DNA from: Moorena sp. SIOASIH
GTDB lineage: Bacteria > Cyanobacteriota > Cyanobacteriia > Cyanobacteriales > Coleofasciculaceae
Reading direction: 5' to 3'
DNA: 64,000 nt
Assembly (NCBI RefSeq): GCF_010671925.1
Contig: NZ_JAAHIH010000001.1
Location: 933,053 to 997,052 of the forward strand
Under the pieces are notes generated by a model. It searched no databases, had not been told where the DNA came from, and saw only the letters and a list, made by a program, of their open reading frames with translations. The first letter of the stretch is position 1. Each line of letters opens with the position of its first letter. The position numbers and the translations under genes are program-made. Positions 10,940-22,171 of the stretch are shown here, piece after piece.

Positions 10940-13900
10940 ATGAGCGCAACCACACCCACCCTGGCAACCAAATACGAACCGAAAACCACCGAAGCCAAGT
11001 GGCAACAATACTGGGAAGAAAACCAAGTCTTCAAAGCTGACCCCAATCACCAGGGTGAACCCTACTGCGTTGTTATCCCCCCACCTAACGTTACTGGGAA
11101 GTTGCACATGGGTCACGCCTTCGAGAGTGCCCTGATTGACACCCTCGTCCGTTACCACCGGATGACAGGACGCAATACCCTGTGGCTACCGGGAACTGAC
11201 CACGCTAGTATTGCTGTACAAACCATTCTCGATAGACAGCTAGAAGCTGAAGGCAAAACCCGCTATGACTTGGGACGGGAAAAGTTTCTTGAACGGGCTT
11301 GGGAGTGGAAGGAAGAATCAGGTGGCACCATCGTTAACCAGCTGAGGCGTTTGGGGGTTTCGGTGGATTGGTCCCGGGAACGGTTCACTATGGATGAAGG
11401 CTTATCGAAAGCGGTAATTGAAGCCTTTGTCCAACTTTATGATCAGGGACTGATTTACCGGGGCGAATATATGGTCAACTGGTGTCCAGCCTCGGAGTCC
11501 GCTGTCTCAGATTTGGAAGTGGAAAATAAGGAAGTTGATGGGCATTTGTGGCATTTTCGATATCCCCTTACCGATAGCAATGGTTTTTTGGAAGTAGCTA
11601 CGACTAGACCAGAAACTATGTTGGGGGATACGGCAGTTGCAGTTAATCCTAATGATGAACGCTACCAGGATTTAATTGGTAAAACTGTAACCTTGCCAAT
11701 TATGGGACGAGAAATTCCGATTATTGCTGATGAGTTGGTTGATCCAGGGTTTGGCACCGGTTGTGTCAAGGTAACTCCTGCCCATGACCCTAATGACTTT
11801 CAAATGGGTCAGCGTCATAGTCTGCCATTCATTAACATCATGAATAAGAATGGCACGTTAAATGAAAAAGCTGGCCATTTCCAAGGACAAGACCGGTTTG
11901 AAGCCCGGAAAAATGTGGTGAAGCAGCTGGAAGCAGAAGAGCTGTTGGTTAAGGTAGAGGACTACAAACATACGGTACCCTATAGCGATCGCGGAAAGGT
12001 TCCGGTTGAACCCCTAATCTCAACGCAATGGTTTGTCAAAATTCGCCCCCTAGCTGACCGAGCCCTAGAATCTCTTGACCAACACCATTCTCCAGTATTT
12101 ATCCCGGAACGTTGGACGAAGGTCTACCGAGATTGGTTGGTGAAATTAAAAGACTGGTGCATCTCCCGCCAACTCTGGTGGGGACACCAAATTCCGGCTT
12201 GGTATGTGGTAAGTGAAACCAATGGCACAATCACTAGCGAGACTCCGTTTATTGTGGCTCACCATGAAGCAGAGGCTAAGAAGAAAGCAACAGCAAAATT
12301 TGGAGAAAATGTCAAGCTAGAGCAAGACCCAGATGTGCTGGATACCTGGTTTTCCTCAGGATTGTGGCCCTTCTCGACTATGGGCTGGCCTGATGAGACC
12401 AAGGATTTGAAGACATACTATCCCACTACCACCCTGGTAACAGGTTTTGACATCATTTTCTTCTGGGTTGCCCGCATGACCATGATGGCAGGACATTTTA
12501 CGGGTCAGATGCCGTTTAAGAGTGTTTACATCCACGGTCTAGTGCGGGATGAGAACAATAAGAAAATGTCTAAGTCGGCTAATAATGGTATTGACCCCTT
12601 AATCATGATTGACAAGTATGGTACGGATGCCGTGCGCTATACCTTGGTTCGGGAAGTGGCAGGTGCAGGTCAAGATATCCGATTAGAGTATGACCGCAAG
12701 ACGGATGAGTCAGCTTCTGTAGAAGCATCCCGCAATTTTGCCAATAAACTGTGGAATGCAGCCCGGTTTGTAATGCTAAACCTTGATGGTAAGACTCCCG
12801 AAGAGTTGGGTCAACCAAAAGTAGAGGAATTGGAATTATGCGATCGCTGGATTCTTTCCCGTTTTCATCAAGTGGTGCGTCAAACTAGGGATTATCTAGA
12901 TGCTTATGGCTTGGGAGAAGCGGCTAAGGGACTTTATGAGTTCATCTGGGGTGATTTTTGTGATTGGTACATTGAACTGGTAAAATCCAGGCTGCGTCAG
13001 GATGCCAATTCTCCGTCGCGGGTTGTGGCACAGCAAACTCTAGCTTGCGTTTTAGAGGGTATCCTAAAGCTACTCCATCCATTCATGCCCCATATCACTG
13101 AAGAAATCTGGCACACCTTGACCCAGAAATCTGGGGAGGTGTTGGCACTACAACCTTATCCTTTAGAGTACCTAGATGGTCAAACTGGGGAAGAGGAACT
13201 ACAGACAACGGACAGCGAACTGCTAACCGATAATACATCCGATTACCCTGATGCCCAATCACCCAGGTCAGGAACATCGTTGTCTAAGGAAAAGGAAATC
13301 TCTAAGCAAAGTGTAGCTGTATTGTTTAAAGTGCGAGAAATTTCTAGGAAGTTGTTCGAGGACTACAAAGAACCGATAATCGCAGCAGGGTTGGTTGTCG
13401 GAGGAATTATTGCCCTGAATATCCTCACAGCCTTCGTGGGTGCGCTCAATCGCATTTCCTTAGTCTCAACTAGTTTAGAACTGATTGGTCTAGGATATGC
13501 CATTTGGTTTGTTTACCGTTATGTGCTCAAGGCTGAGAATCGTCAAGAGTTATCCGAAAAAATTCAATCCATCTTAGCAGAAATTGTTGGTAAGGAAGAC
13601 AGTCAGCAATCCTCGGAATTGAGGAAAATTGAGTCCAAAATGGGGATTATTGATGGAAATATCAAACAGGGAGAAGATATTAAAGATATAGAAGATATCA
13701 AAGATATAGAAGAGGGGCAGGTTAAAATAGACCATGACGTTCCGCCCATAGGCAATACCCACTCTTCTATATCCCCGAGTTCTCTAATTGACTCAGAACT
13801 AGAGCAAAGGTTTGAGCTGCTAATCGGTACAATCCGTACTATCCGCAACCTCCGGGCTGAGGCAGAGATTAAACCAGGGGTGACCGCACCTGTGATTCTA

Positions 13901-14272
13901 CAAAGCAGCAACAGTGACGAACGTCAAATTTTGGAGGCGGGTCAAGCCTATATCAAAGACTTAGGTAAGGTCAATCAATTAACCATCACTCCAGCCTTGG
14001 AGAAAGAGGTAAAGAATACCATGGCGGGTGTAGTCGGTACTGTCCAGGTGCTAATTCCCCTAACTGGTGTGGTGGATGTGGATGCTCTACGGGCTAAGTT
14101 AGAAAAGAAGTTACGTAAAGTAGAGGCGGAAGTCAAATCCTTGTCTGGGCGTCTGGGTAATAAGAACTTTGTGAGTAAAGCTCCAGAAGCTGTGGTTAAG
14201 GGTGCTCAAGAGGCTTTAGCTGAGGCTAAAAAGCAAGAGTTTATTTTACGCGATCGCTTAAATAGACTTTAA
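10940..14272 (+). CDS. valS: Valyl-tRNA synthetase with a CAAD (cyanobacterial aminoacyl-tRNA synthetase appended domain) insertion
   Basis: HMGH and KMSKS class I motifs. An inserted segment of about 180 aa contains two hydrophobic helices ([24 protein letters not shown] and [15 protein letters not shown]) ahead of the C-terminal coiled-coil domain. Confidence 0.93.
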   Translation: MSATTPTLATKYEPKTTEAKWQQYWEENQVFKADPNHQGEPYCVVIPPPNVTGKLHMGHAFESALIDTLVRYHRMTGRNTLWLPGTDHASIAVQTILDRQLEAEGKTRYDLGREKFLERAWEWKEESGGTIVNQLRRLGVSVDWSRERFTMDEGLSKAVIEAFVQLYDQGLIYRGEYMVNWCPASESAVSDLEVENKEVDGHLWHFRYPLTDSNGFLEVATTRPETMLGDTAVAVNPNDERYQDLIGKTVTLPIMGREIPIIADELVDPGFGTGCVKVTPAHDPNDFQMGQRHSLPFINIMNKNGTLNEKAGHFQGQDRFEARKNVVKQLEAEELLVKVEDYKHTVPYSDRGKVPVEPLISTQWFVKIRPLADRALESLDQHHSPVFIPERWTKVYRDWLVKLKDWCISRQLWWGHQIPAWYVVSETNGTITSETPFIVAHHEAEAKKKATAKFGENVKLEQDPDVLDTWFSSGLWPFSTMGWPDETKDLKTYYPTTTLVTGFDIIFFWVARMTMMAGHFTGQMPFKSVYIHGLVRDENNKKMSKSANNGIDPLIMIDKYGTDAVRYTLVREVAGAGQDIRLEYDRKTDESASVEASRNFANKLWNAARFVMLNLDGKTPEELGQPKVEELELCDRWILSRFHQVVRQTRDYLDAYGLGEAAKGLYEFIWGDFCDWYIELVKSRLRQDANSPSRVVAQQTLACVLEGILKLLHPFMPHITEEIWHTLTQKSGEVLALQPYPLEYLDGQTGEEELQTTDSELLTDNTSDYPDAQSPRSGTSLSKEKEISKQSVAVLFKVREISRKLFEDYKEPIIAAGLVVGGIIALNILTAFVGALNRISLVSTSLELIGLGYAIWFVYRYVLKAENRQELSEKIQSILAEIVGKEDSQQSSELRKIESKMGIIDGNIKQGEDIKDIEDIKDIEEGQVKIDHDVPPIGNTHSSISPSSLIDSELEQRFELLIGTIRTIRNLRAEAEIKPGVTAPVILQSSNSDERQILEAGQAYIKDLGKVNQLTITPALEKEVKNTMAGVVGTVQVLIPLTGVVDVDALRAKLEKKLRKVEAEVKSLSGRLGNKNFVSKAPEAVVKGAQEALAEAKKQEFILRDRLNRL

Positions 14273-14294
14273 ACAGATTTCAATCAAACCGATA

Positions 14295-14762
14295 ATGCTA
14301 CACCTAGCTCAAGTTCAAGACAATGATGATTTTGGCGGGCTCCAATTACAACTACTTGCCCGCCAAAACTCTGATCAATTCTGGGAAGTCATTGAGCCAA
14401 GACCTGTTGCGTTTAGTAATTCCCAAGCTTTTAAAGAAGGTTGCTTAGTCTTAATCGATCTGGCTGAAACTCAACAGGTGATCACTATTCAATCTGCCAC
14501 CGATTGGGTGTTAGATTTAGTCAAGAAGTATTTAACAGCTGAGGTTAAGTCTACCTTTTTAGAGGAAGAAATGAAACGGGCTGAACAATGGCGGCAAGAG
14601 CTAACCTTGAAAAGCCAAGGGTTAGATATCCGCGATTTAGAAGTAGAAGCACGTCGCGAAAAAATTGAAACCTTAGCAGAAAACTTGAAATTGGAGAAGC
14701 AACAGCTGGAGCAAAAGGTAGCTCAATTGCAGGCTAAAATTGATGAAGCTGGTAATGAGTAA
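14295..14762 (+). CDS. Hypothetical protein with a C-terminal coiled coil (155 aa)
   Basis: ORF 22 bp downstream of valS, likely co-transcribed. Confidence 0.45.
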   Translation: MLHLAQVQDNDDFGGLQLQLLARQNSDQFWEVIEPRPVAFSNSQAFKEGCLVLIDLAETQQVITIQSATDWVLDLVKKYLTAEVKSTFLEEEMKRAEQWRQELTLKSQGLDIRDLEVEARREKIETLAENLKLEKQQLEQKVAQLQAKIDEAGNE

Positions 14763-14882
14763 AGGGAATAGGGAATAGGGAATAGGGAATAGGGAATAGG
14801 GAATAGGGAGTAGGGAATAGGGAATAGGGAATAGGGAATAGGGAATAGGGAATAGGGAATAGGGAATAGGGAATAGGGAAAC
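14763..14882. repeat. STRR heptamer array (GGGAATA), about 17 copies
   Basis: Direct reading. Confidence 0.95.
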
Positions 14883-15406
14883 AGAGGGAGGTGTGGGTCG
14901 AAATTCCTGTTGGAAGTAACCGGGAAACTCAAGAAGTGATTCTTGACACTCCCCGCCCTGGAAGGACGGGGATTCTTGTTTCAACGAGGTGACTTGTTTA
15001 ACCAGGCCGGAGCCAGGCAAAATAGAGGTCTCCTCTCCACAAGCGTAGTTGGTCTTTGACCTAGGTTTCGGTGTGCCCCACCGTACCTTTTTTTTATATA
15101 GATAGATACTTTTTTTATCTAATTTTTTCATAGACGTTCAAGTCGTTAGACCCAATTACGCAATATGTACGCTCTACATATTTTTTACGTTGCCTACTTA
15201 TGATTAGATAGTATCTCTCTACTTTTAAAGTCTATTGTTTATACTTTAATTATACCACATCTATTACAAACTTTCATTGAAAGCCTTCGTTCGCGTAGCG
15301 TGGCCAAAGGCCAACGAAGGACGGGGCGCGATTACCCAAAATTTTCGGTAAAGTAATGCGTAGGATAACCCGTTATACCTGTAAAGGATAACGGGGGAGG
15401 AGGATA

Positions 15407-16075
15407 CTACGAATGAATCTGACTCAAAATATACCGCAAGCGGTCATAATCATCCTTAAGTAAGACACTCAAGGTTCGTCCGGCCTTGACTAACCAGTCA
15501 CGGTCAGTCTGACGAAGACGATAAACTTCCCTAATCACAGCTGCTGTCAGGGGGTCTACTGGGGCACCATTCACTTCCAAAAGTGTTCGCAAAAAATCCA
15601 ACTGTTCACTAAAGTGAATAACCTCTGATGGTTCACACTGGTAGACAGGTTGATGAATTTGCGGGGGACGGGGTGGAAGATACTGATAGACTCGACCGTG
15701 ATGGTTGCTAAAACCATTCACACCCTCTTCGGCAGACATAAATCCAACGATGGCAGCACGGAACTCAGTTTTGAGCATGGCGAAAATCTGAGGCTGCTGC
15801 TCACGTAATTCTGCCAGTGACAATCCTAAAGCTGTTGCTCGATGAACTGAGTCAATCGGGCTAGTGGTAGCATAATAAACTACAGCAAAAATTTGATTAC
15901 CTGACTCATCATCTACAGATTTTACCCAGCTGCCAAAGGGAGGCATGACTGGAAAGCTTAGATCTTCTGGCTCTAAACATTGAGCTAGAAATTCTGTAGT
16001 TGCTGTTTCAATCACCTCAGCAAGGTGATGTTCTGAGCGATTACTGGGGGTAAACTGGGGTAAGGGAAGGCGCAT
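15407..16075 (-). CDS. Conserved hypothetical protein (222 aa)
   Basis: Clean ORF. No motif recognised. Confidence 0.45.
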   Translation of the reverse strand: MRLPLPQFTPSNRSEHHLAEVIETATTEFLAQCLEPEDLSFPVMPPFGSWVKSVDDESGNQIFAVVYYATTSPIDSVHRATALGLSLAELREQQPQIFAMLKTEFRAAIVGFMSAEEGVNGFSNHHGRVYQYLPPRPPQIHQPVYQCEPSEVIHFSEQLDFLRTLLEVNGAPVDPLTAAVIREVYRLRQTDRDWLVKAGRTLSVLLKDDYDRLRYILSQIHS

Positions 16076-16219
16076 GGTTTAGTTATTAGTCATTAGTCGT
16101 GAGTTATTGATCTATGCCCCTTGATCTATACCCCAGTTTGACGAGAGTGTTTAAACAGTAGTCTGTTAGGTTTTTTTAGAGCATGATTAGGGGCTTACTG
16201 GAGACGACAACTGATGAAT

Positions 16220-16411
16220 CTAACCCTTTTTACCAATTTTTGGTTTCACCTCTTCGATTTCCGACAGCTGAAACGTCACTAATTTATCCCAGTTACCTCC
16301 TTCAAACAGCACAGCTGCTTTACCATCACTAACGCGCTGTACTAGCCCCTCAAAGCGATAATAGGTATCGTCAACATTAATTACGCGAACTATAGAACCT
16401 GGAAAAATCAT
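16220..16411 (-). CDS. ndhS: NDH-1 complex subunit NdhS-like (ferredoxin-binding, SH3-like fold)
   Basis: Core [47 protein letters not shown] closely resembles Ssl0352/NdhS. The 25-aa extension reaching 16486 in the ORF track is probably not translated. Confidence 0.6.
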   Translation of the reverse strand: MIFPGSIVRVINVDDTYYRFEGLVQRVSDGKAAVLFEGGNWDKLVTFQLSEIEEVKPKIGKKG

Positions 16412-16486
16412 GAGTGCCTCAAAACTTAGATTTCCTTTACTAGGATAGGAGCTAATGGACTTATTGTGGGGTATAGGAGCACCCAT

Positions 16487-16535
16487 AACGTCAGCTGTCA
16501 GCCGTCAGCTGTCAGCCGTCAGCTATCATGCTTAA
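16487..16535. repeat. STRR heptamers (CAGCCGT/CAGCTGT)
   Basis: Direct reading. Forms the 5' part of a dispersed repeat family that also occurs at 56000-56110. Confidence 0.9.
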
Positions 16536-16598
16536 AATAAAGATCGTTGGCGTAGCCTGCGCAAACGGGAGAATTTAAGAGTTCGAGATTTTACAGAA

Positions 16599-18772
16599 GT
16601 GCGGCCTGTTCTTGCTAGGAGCCTAGGGCAACCCTAGGGGTATGAGTAAGGAATCCGCGAGGGTAACACCCTCAAAAGATTTAACTGTCTAACGGATGTG
16701 GGTGCAAACCCCACCCTTGAGGAGACAAGTGACTCCCTACCTTGACCACACCGAGCGGGCGGTATCTCCGCAGAGTGAAGCTGGTACCAGGGCGCAATCA
16801 GTTGACCATAAGCAGGTAACAACACTGGCGCTAATGGGGAGGTGACATGGGAAAACTGGTTCTAAAAAAGTGTCTGAAAATCAAGCCACAACCTGAAAAC
16901 CAATGTGGACTTCATCCTTTCATTCTCGCAGCATTTTTTCTGTGATAGCTGCAAACTCCGAGAAGAGGATAGGCAAAGTGAACCTCCCTAAATCACCATA
17001 ACAATCTGATAGATGGAACAGGTAAAAACGACAGAAATGAGGTCTAAGGAGTAGTCGAACCTTAGTAAGTTATGCCAAACCTAATCCCTCCTGTCGGGTA
17101 GGATGTAGCCGAAAAACTGGCTACGGGTATCCAGAATATAGAAATCCAATGGAGAGCATGGTTAGACACACAAAAAAAATTTGTAGTGAACTATGGAAGA
17201 GTCAAAAGTGGAAACAACTCCGCCGCCACCTATTCCGCCTACAGAGGAGACTATACAAAGCAGTTCAAGCTGGCGACCGTCAGAAAGCTAGGTCTCTACA
17301 AAAACTGATTCTGAAATCTCGTTCAGCACAACTTTTGGCAATACGTCAAGTTACACAGCTAAATCAAGGCAAGAGGACAGCCGGTATTGATGGGAAGTCT
17401 TCCCTTGATTGCCGGGAGAGATTCGAGCTTCTAGATAACCTGAACCACTATGCCTATAATTGGAAGCATAGCGAATTAAGGGAAATACCCATTCCTAAGA
17501 AAAATGGAAAAACTCGAATCCTTAAAGTTCCTACAATCGCCGACAGAGCATGGCAATGTTTAATAAAATATGCTCTAGAACCAGCTCATGAAGCGACGTT
17601 CAGTGCTGACAGCTATGGATTTAGACCTGGTAGGAGCGCACAAGATGCGCAAAAACGCCTATTCAACCACCTAAAATCCGACGCCAACGGCATAACAAAA
17701 AGAGTAATCGAATTAGACATCAAGAAATGCTTCGACAGGATTTCACACGACTCTATAATGGAAAGGCTCATAGCCCCACAATCCATTAAATCAGGAGTAT
17801 ACCGATGCCTGAAAGCAGGCATAAATCCGGAATTTCCAGAACAAGGGGCTCCACAGGGAGGCGTCGTAAGTCCACTATTAGCAAATGTAGCCTTGAACGG
17901 CATAGAAGATTGTCACCCTTCGATACGATATGCGGACGACATGGTGATAATCCTCAAACCAAAAGATAACGCCGGAAAAATCCTTCAAAAATTCAAGGAT
18001 TTCCTGGCCGAACGAAAAATGGAAATAAGTGAAGAAAAGACCAAGATAACCAAAACGACAGACGGATTTGACTTCCTGGGCTGGAACATTCGAGTCCAGA
18101 AAAACGGAAAGTTTAAAAGTATTCCCTCAGAGGAAAATCACAGAACAATCCGAAAGAAGATTAAAACCGTGGTCAACAGCTCGAATTATGGTGCAGAAGT
18201 TAAAGCCAAGAAATTAGCGCCGATTGTACGTGGATGGAGAAACTACCACAAAAACTGCGATATGAGCAGCAGCCGGGATAGTTTATGGTTCATGAATAAA
18301 ACCGCAAACCGTAAATTCCGAAAGGAGAAAAAGGTAAACCGGTATCAAGCTAATGAACTATGTGATAAAGCCTTCCCAGCAGTGGGGTACAAACAAAACA
18401 AACACGTCAATGTCAGAGGGACTAAGTCCCCCTTCGACGGGGACTTAGTATACTGGAGCAAACGCAACAGTAAGCTCTATGATAACGCAACATCAAAAAC
18501 TTTAACCAAGCAAAACCATTCCTGTGAACATTGCGGACACAAGTTCTTAAGCGACGAATATGTACACCTTCATCACGTCGATGGAAACCACGACAATTGG
18601 AAGCCAAAGAACTTAATGGCAGTTCACCAAAGCTGCCACCAAGAAATCCACTGGAGCAGGCCAAAAGGCAAGTCGAGAGACTGAAGGATATCTAGGAGCT
18701 GGATGAAGGGAAACTTTCACGTCCAGTTCTGAAGGAGAGGTGCTCCCGATAATATGGGACATCGACTCTAAC
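16599..18772 (+). mobile_element. Group II intron (bacterial, ORF in domain IV)
   Basis: 5' GTGCG at 16599. Domain V hairpin GAGCTGGATGAAGGGAAACTTTCACGTCCAGTTC at 18697-18730. 3' end ...CTAAC at 18772, set by comparison with the intron-less paralogous site at 56081-56106. Encodes an RT/maturase/HNH protein. Confidence 0.85.
17149..18684 (+). CDS. Group II intron-encoded reverse transcriptase / maturase with C-terminal HNH endonuclease
   Basis: RT blocks (RIPKKNGKTRILKVP, YADD active site in RYADDMVII) and an HNH/zinc-finger tail (CEHCGHK...HHVDGNHDN...CH). Confidence 0.9.
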   Translation: MESMVRHTKKICSELWKSQKWKQLRRHLFRLQRRLYKAVQAGDRQKARSLQKLILKSRSAQLLAIRQVTQLNQGKRTAGIDGKSSLDCRERFELLDNLNHYAYNWKHSELREIPIPKKNGKTRILKVPTIADRAWQCLIKYALEPAHEATFSADSYGFRPGRSAQDAQKRLFNHLKSDANGITKRVIELDIKKCFDRISHDSIMERLIAPQSIKSGVYRCLKAGINPEFPEQGAPQGGVVSPLLANVALNGIEDCHPSIRYADDMVIILKPKDNAGKILQKFKDFLAERKMEISEEKTKITKTTDGFDFLGWNIRVQKNGKFKSIPSEENHRTIRKKIKTVVNSSNYGAEVKAKKLAPIVRGWRNYHKNCDMSSSRDSLWFMNKTANRKFRKEKKVNRYQANELCDKAFPAVGYKQNKHVNVRGTKSPFDGDLVYWSKRNSKLYDNATSKTLTKQNHSCEHCGHKFLSDEYVHLHHVDGNHDNWKPKNLMAVHQSCHQEIHWSRPKGKSRD

Positions 18773-18895
18773 TTGAAAGTCTCCGGATTTGCCCATCTAA
18801 GCATTTAGGGGTCAGCCATTAGCTATTGGCCTTTGGCCAAGCGTGCTCATAAGCTGATACGCGACACGCTGATAGCTGAATACTTACGCTATAAC

Positions 18896-20164
18896 TCATT
18901 GAAACTTCAATCGCTGTCGATAATTGGCCACTGCTTGGGCCAACCCTAGGCCAAGAAAGTTGCTTAGCAGGGCTGAACGACCGTAACTGAGTAAAGGTAG
19001 AGGAATTCCTGTGATGGGAGCTAAGCCAATAGTCATCCCAATGTTGATCACGGTTTGAAACACAATCATTGAGAGAACGCCAATTGTTACCAGAGAGCCA
19101 AAGTTGTCTTTAGCATTCTGAGCAATCAGCACCAAGCGTAGGCACAACCACCACAAGGCTAATAAAATACACAAGCAACCTACAAAGCCTAGTTCTTCAC
19201 CAATGGCTGAGAAAATGAAGTCAGTATGCTGTTCCGGGATAAAGTGGAGTTGAGTTTGAGTTCCCTGGTTCAGTCCCCTTCCCCAAAGTTGACCAGCACC
19301 GATCCCAATCCGAGACTGAATTAGGTGATACCCTCCTCCGAGAGGGTCTAGATCGGGGTTCAAAAAGAGCGTTAATCGGTCTTTTTGATAGTCCTTTAAT
19401 AGATTCCAGAAGACTTTTCCTAAAGGTCCGACAACTAGGTTAATAACCAGGGTACCCAAGGCTCCTAACCAGCGCCAAGGGAGACTGAGGAAGGCAATCA
19501 GTGTGATTACTGTAGCCCAGGTATACCATGCAGGTAAAGATATACTGAAGACAATGGCTGAAACCAGAGGGGAAATCAACACGACCAACCAGGCGGGATT
19601 GGCATTTGCCCAGTAAAGCATACTCAAGGTAATTGCCCCAAACACCAAGGATGTTCCCAGATCAGGCTGTCCAAACACTAATGCCCAAGGTAATATAGTT
19701 ACTGCTAAAGCTGCTATTACTGCTGGAATGCTAGTAGCTGGTCGTTTGTGCAAGATGGCAGCTAGAGTAATAATCAACCCGATCTTGGCAAATTCTGAGG
19801 GTTGAACATTAAACCCTCCAATGGTAACCCAACGCTGAGCCCCCTTAGCGCTAGCACCGATAATCATTACAGCAATTAAGGACAGATTGGTGATCCCGTA
19901 AATTAACCAATGCCATTGGATCAGGGATTGATAGCGCGATCGCGCAATGAATAGAGCGATGAACAATCCAATACTACCAATGAGCAAGTGGGAGAGCCAA
20001 TAGTCTTCACCATTGTCGATGGCTGCAGAGCGAATCATCACTGCCCCAAAGATGGTCAGCCCCACAGTCAGGAATAACAGTTGCCAGTCTAATTCCTGCC
20101 AGGGGGCCCAAAACAGCCGCCAACGAATACTATTTCTAATTCTAAATTTATTAATTTGTACCAT
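18896..20164 (-). CDS. SEDS-family cell-shape/division protein (RodA/FtsW)
   Basis: Polytopic. Conserved loop GIGAGQLWGRGLNQGTQTQLHFIPEQHTDFIFSAIGEELGF. The probable start is MVQINKF at 20164; the longer ORF runs into an STRR array. Confidence 0.8.
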   Translation of the reverse strand: MVQINKFRIRNSIRWRLFWAPWQELDWQLLFLTVGLTIFGAVMIRSAAIDNGEDYWLSHLLIGSIGLFIALFIARSRYQSLIQWHWLIYGITNLSLIAVMIIGASAKGAQRWVTIGGFNVQPSEFAKIGLIITLAAILHKRPATSIPAVIAALAVTILPWALVFGQPDLGTSLVFGAITLSMLYWANANPAWLVVLISPLVSAIVFSISLPAWYTWATVITLIAFLSLPWRWLGALGTLVINLVVGPLGKVFWNLLKDYQKDRLTLFLNPDLDPLGGGYHLIQSRIGIGAGQLWGRGLNQGTQTQLHFIPEQHTDFIFSAIGEELGFVGCLCILLALWWLCLRLVLIAQNAKDNFGSLVTIGVLSMIVFQTVINIGMTIGLAPITGIPLPLLSYGRSALLSNFLGLGLAQAVANYRQRLKFQ

Positions 20165-20185
20165 CCGTTTGAGGTATGAGCTATA

Positions 20186-20262
20186 GCAAAGGGAACAGGG
20201 AATAGGGAATAGGGAATAGGGAGCAGGGAGTAGGGAGCAGCGAGCAGGGAAGAAAAATTCTC
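20186..20262. repeat. STRR heptamers (GGGAATA/GGGAGCA)
   Basis: Direct reading. Confidence 0.9.
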
Positions 20263-20369
20263 GCAATTTATTTAGGGTCCCTATATTAGCTATGAGCTAT
20301 TAGGTATTAACCCTGAGAAAATTGTTAATGGTGATTTTCCATTTTCTATTTTTGAGTGGCAAGCCTTTG

Positions 20370-21437
20370 TTAATTAGACAGGGCAGCAATGGAAACTTTG
20401 GCAGCAATCTGAGATGCGATCGCTACCAGTGCTTTAGCGGAGGCTGACTCTGGATTACCAACAGCGATGGGCAATCCTTGATCTCCTCCCTGCCGTAGGG
20501 AAATTTCTAGGGGAATACAACCGAGCAAGGGAATACCTAGTTCTTTTGATGTTTTTTCACCTCCTCCAGAGCCAAACAGGTCATACTGACGATCGGGCAA
20601 GTCTGGTGGGATAAAGTAACTCATATTTTCTATGATTCCCAACACGGGGACTCCCATTTGCTCGAACATTTTCAACCCTCGGCGGGAGTCTAACAGAGCC
20701 ACATTTTGGGGTGTTGTCACAATTACTGCTCCTGCCATCGGTACTGCTTGGGCTAAGGTTAGCTGAGCATCCCCAGTTCCTGGTGGCATATCCACAATCA
20801 GATAGTCCAATTCACCCCACTCTACCTGATAGAGGAACTGGCGAATAATCCCATTTAACATTGGTCCGCGCCAAATAACTGGCTGGTCTGGATCAATTAG
20901 AAATCCCATGGACACTAGCTTGACACCGTGGTTGAAGGCTGGCTCGATCACATCCCCCTGTTTTCCTTTCTGAACCATGACTTTGGCATCAGCTAATCCC
21001 AGCATGGCTGGAGCATTGGGACCATAGATATCAGCGTCTAGGAGACCGACTTTAGCCCCCAACTGAGCCAAAGCAACTGCCACATTTACCGCAACAGTAC
21101 TCTTACCGACGCCACCCTTACCACTGGAAATGGCTAAAATATTTTTTACCCCCTCAATACCAGTGCGGTCAGGCAAGGATTTTTGCTGAGGTGTTTCAGC
21201 GGTAACATCCACCACTACCTCTTCTACTCCCGATAGTTGTTTCACTGCCTTCTGGCAATCCTCTACAATAAATTCCCGCAAGGGACAGGCTGGGGTGGTC
21301 AACACTAAGGTAAAACTGACTGTACCGTTGTCAACCTTGACATTGCGGATCATATTTAATTCCACTAAACTCTTCTGGAGTTCGGGGTCTTGTACCGGTC
21401 GTAATACGTCTAAAACTGAATTTGTATCAAGCATCAC
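20370..21437 (-). CDS. Mrp/ApbC/NBP35-family Fe-S cluster carrier ATPase with an N-terminal DUF59-like domain
   Basis: P-loop ISSGKGGVGKST, a CxxC-type motif, and an N-terminal MIP18/DUF59-like region. Confidence 0.88.
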   Translation of the reverse strand: MMLDTNSVLDVLRPVQDPELQKSLVELNMIRNVKVDNGTVSFTLVLTTPACPLREFIVEDCQKAVKQLSGVEEVVVDVTAETPQQKSLPDRTGIEGVKNILAISSGKGGVGKSTVAVNVAVALAQLGAKVGLLDADIYGPNAPAMLGLADAKVMVQKGKQGDVIEPAFNHGVKLVSMGFLIDPDQPVIWRGPMLNGIIRQFLYQVEWGELDYLIVDMPPGTGDAQLTLAQAVPMAGAVIVTTPQNVALLDSRRGLKMFEQMGVPVLGIIENMSYFIPPDLPDRQYDLFGSGGGEKTSKELGIPLLGCIPLEISLRQGGDQGLPIAVGNPESASAKALVAIASQIAAKVSIAALSN

Positions 21438-21759
21438 AGATTTGCGGGCATAGCGTTTGTGTTAGCTAAGGCCACGAGTTAGGGGCTACGGTTAGATTGT
21501 AGAGCTTTACTAGGCGCAGTGATTCCCAATCAGACTAAGAAAATAGACTATTGAGGGGATCGCGACCAACTGTCTCGAAATGCATCTGATTATTTTTGTA
21601 TTTGACTCACAGGCTAACCCCTGTCTTCTTGTCTTGATGCAGTCGCTGATGGTGAAAACCCCCTTTGGCCGCGCTGCATCGCTTTTAGCTTTGTTGTCAC
21701 GCCCTCAACCCAAATACTTATAATCAAAATATCAACACGGAGGCTTGGCATATGAGCCT

Positions 21760-22171
21760 CGCAAAGTTTATTCAACCTATGGAGATTTTGGTCTTATTTA
21801 AGAACTAGTGCAACAACATAAAATTGTTTTATTTTGAAAATAAACTTATTAAAATTTACAAATTGTTTATATTTAAACTATTGAATAATTAATAAAAAAA
21901 CATAATATAAACTTTAAGGTTATTATGCTCTTGTTTTTATTGATTAAATTGAATTATTTAGTCTAAATTTAATAGATTTAAATAGCATTTAAAATAGTTT
22001 TTATTGATAGTAAAGTCTGCTATAAAAAGGTTTTATTGATGGTATTTAATCACTCCCAAAAGCTATTATTTATGATCCTCATATTTTTTTTAAATACATT
22101 AGCCAATCTTATAAATAAATTGTGACATTATTACCAAAACCTGGCTAGTCTAAACTAGAGCTTAGAATATT
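21760..22171. promoter_or_regulatory. Extremely AT-rich (about 20% GC) 400-bp block upstream of the 22172 operon
   Basis: Base composition read directly. Contrasts with the roughly 45% GC elsewhere. Confidence 0.6.
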
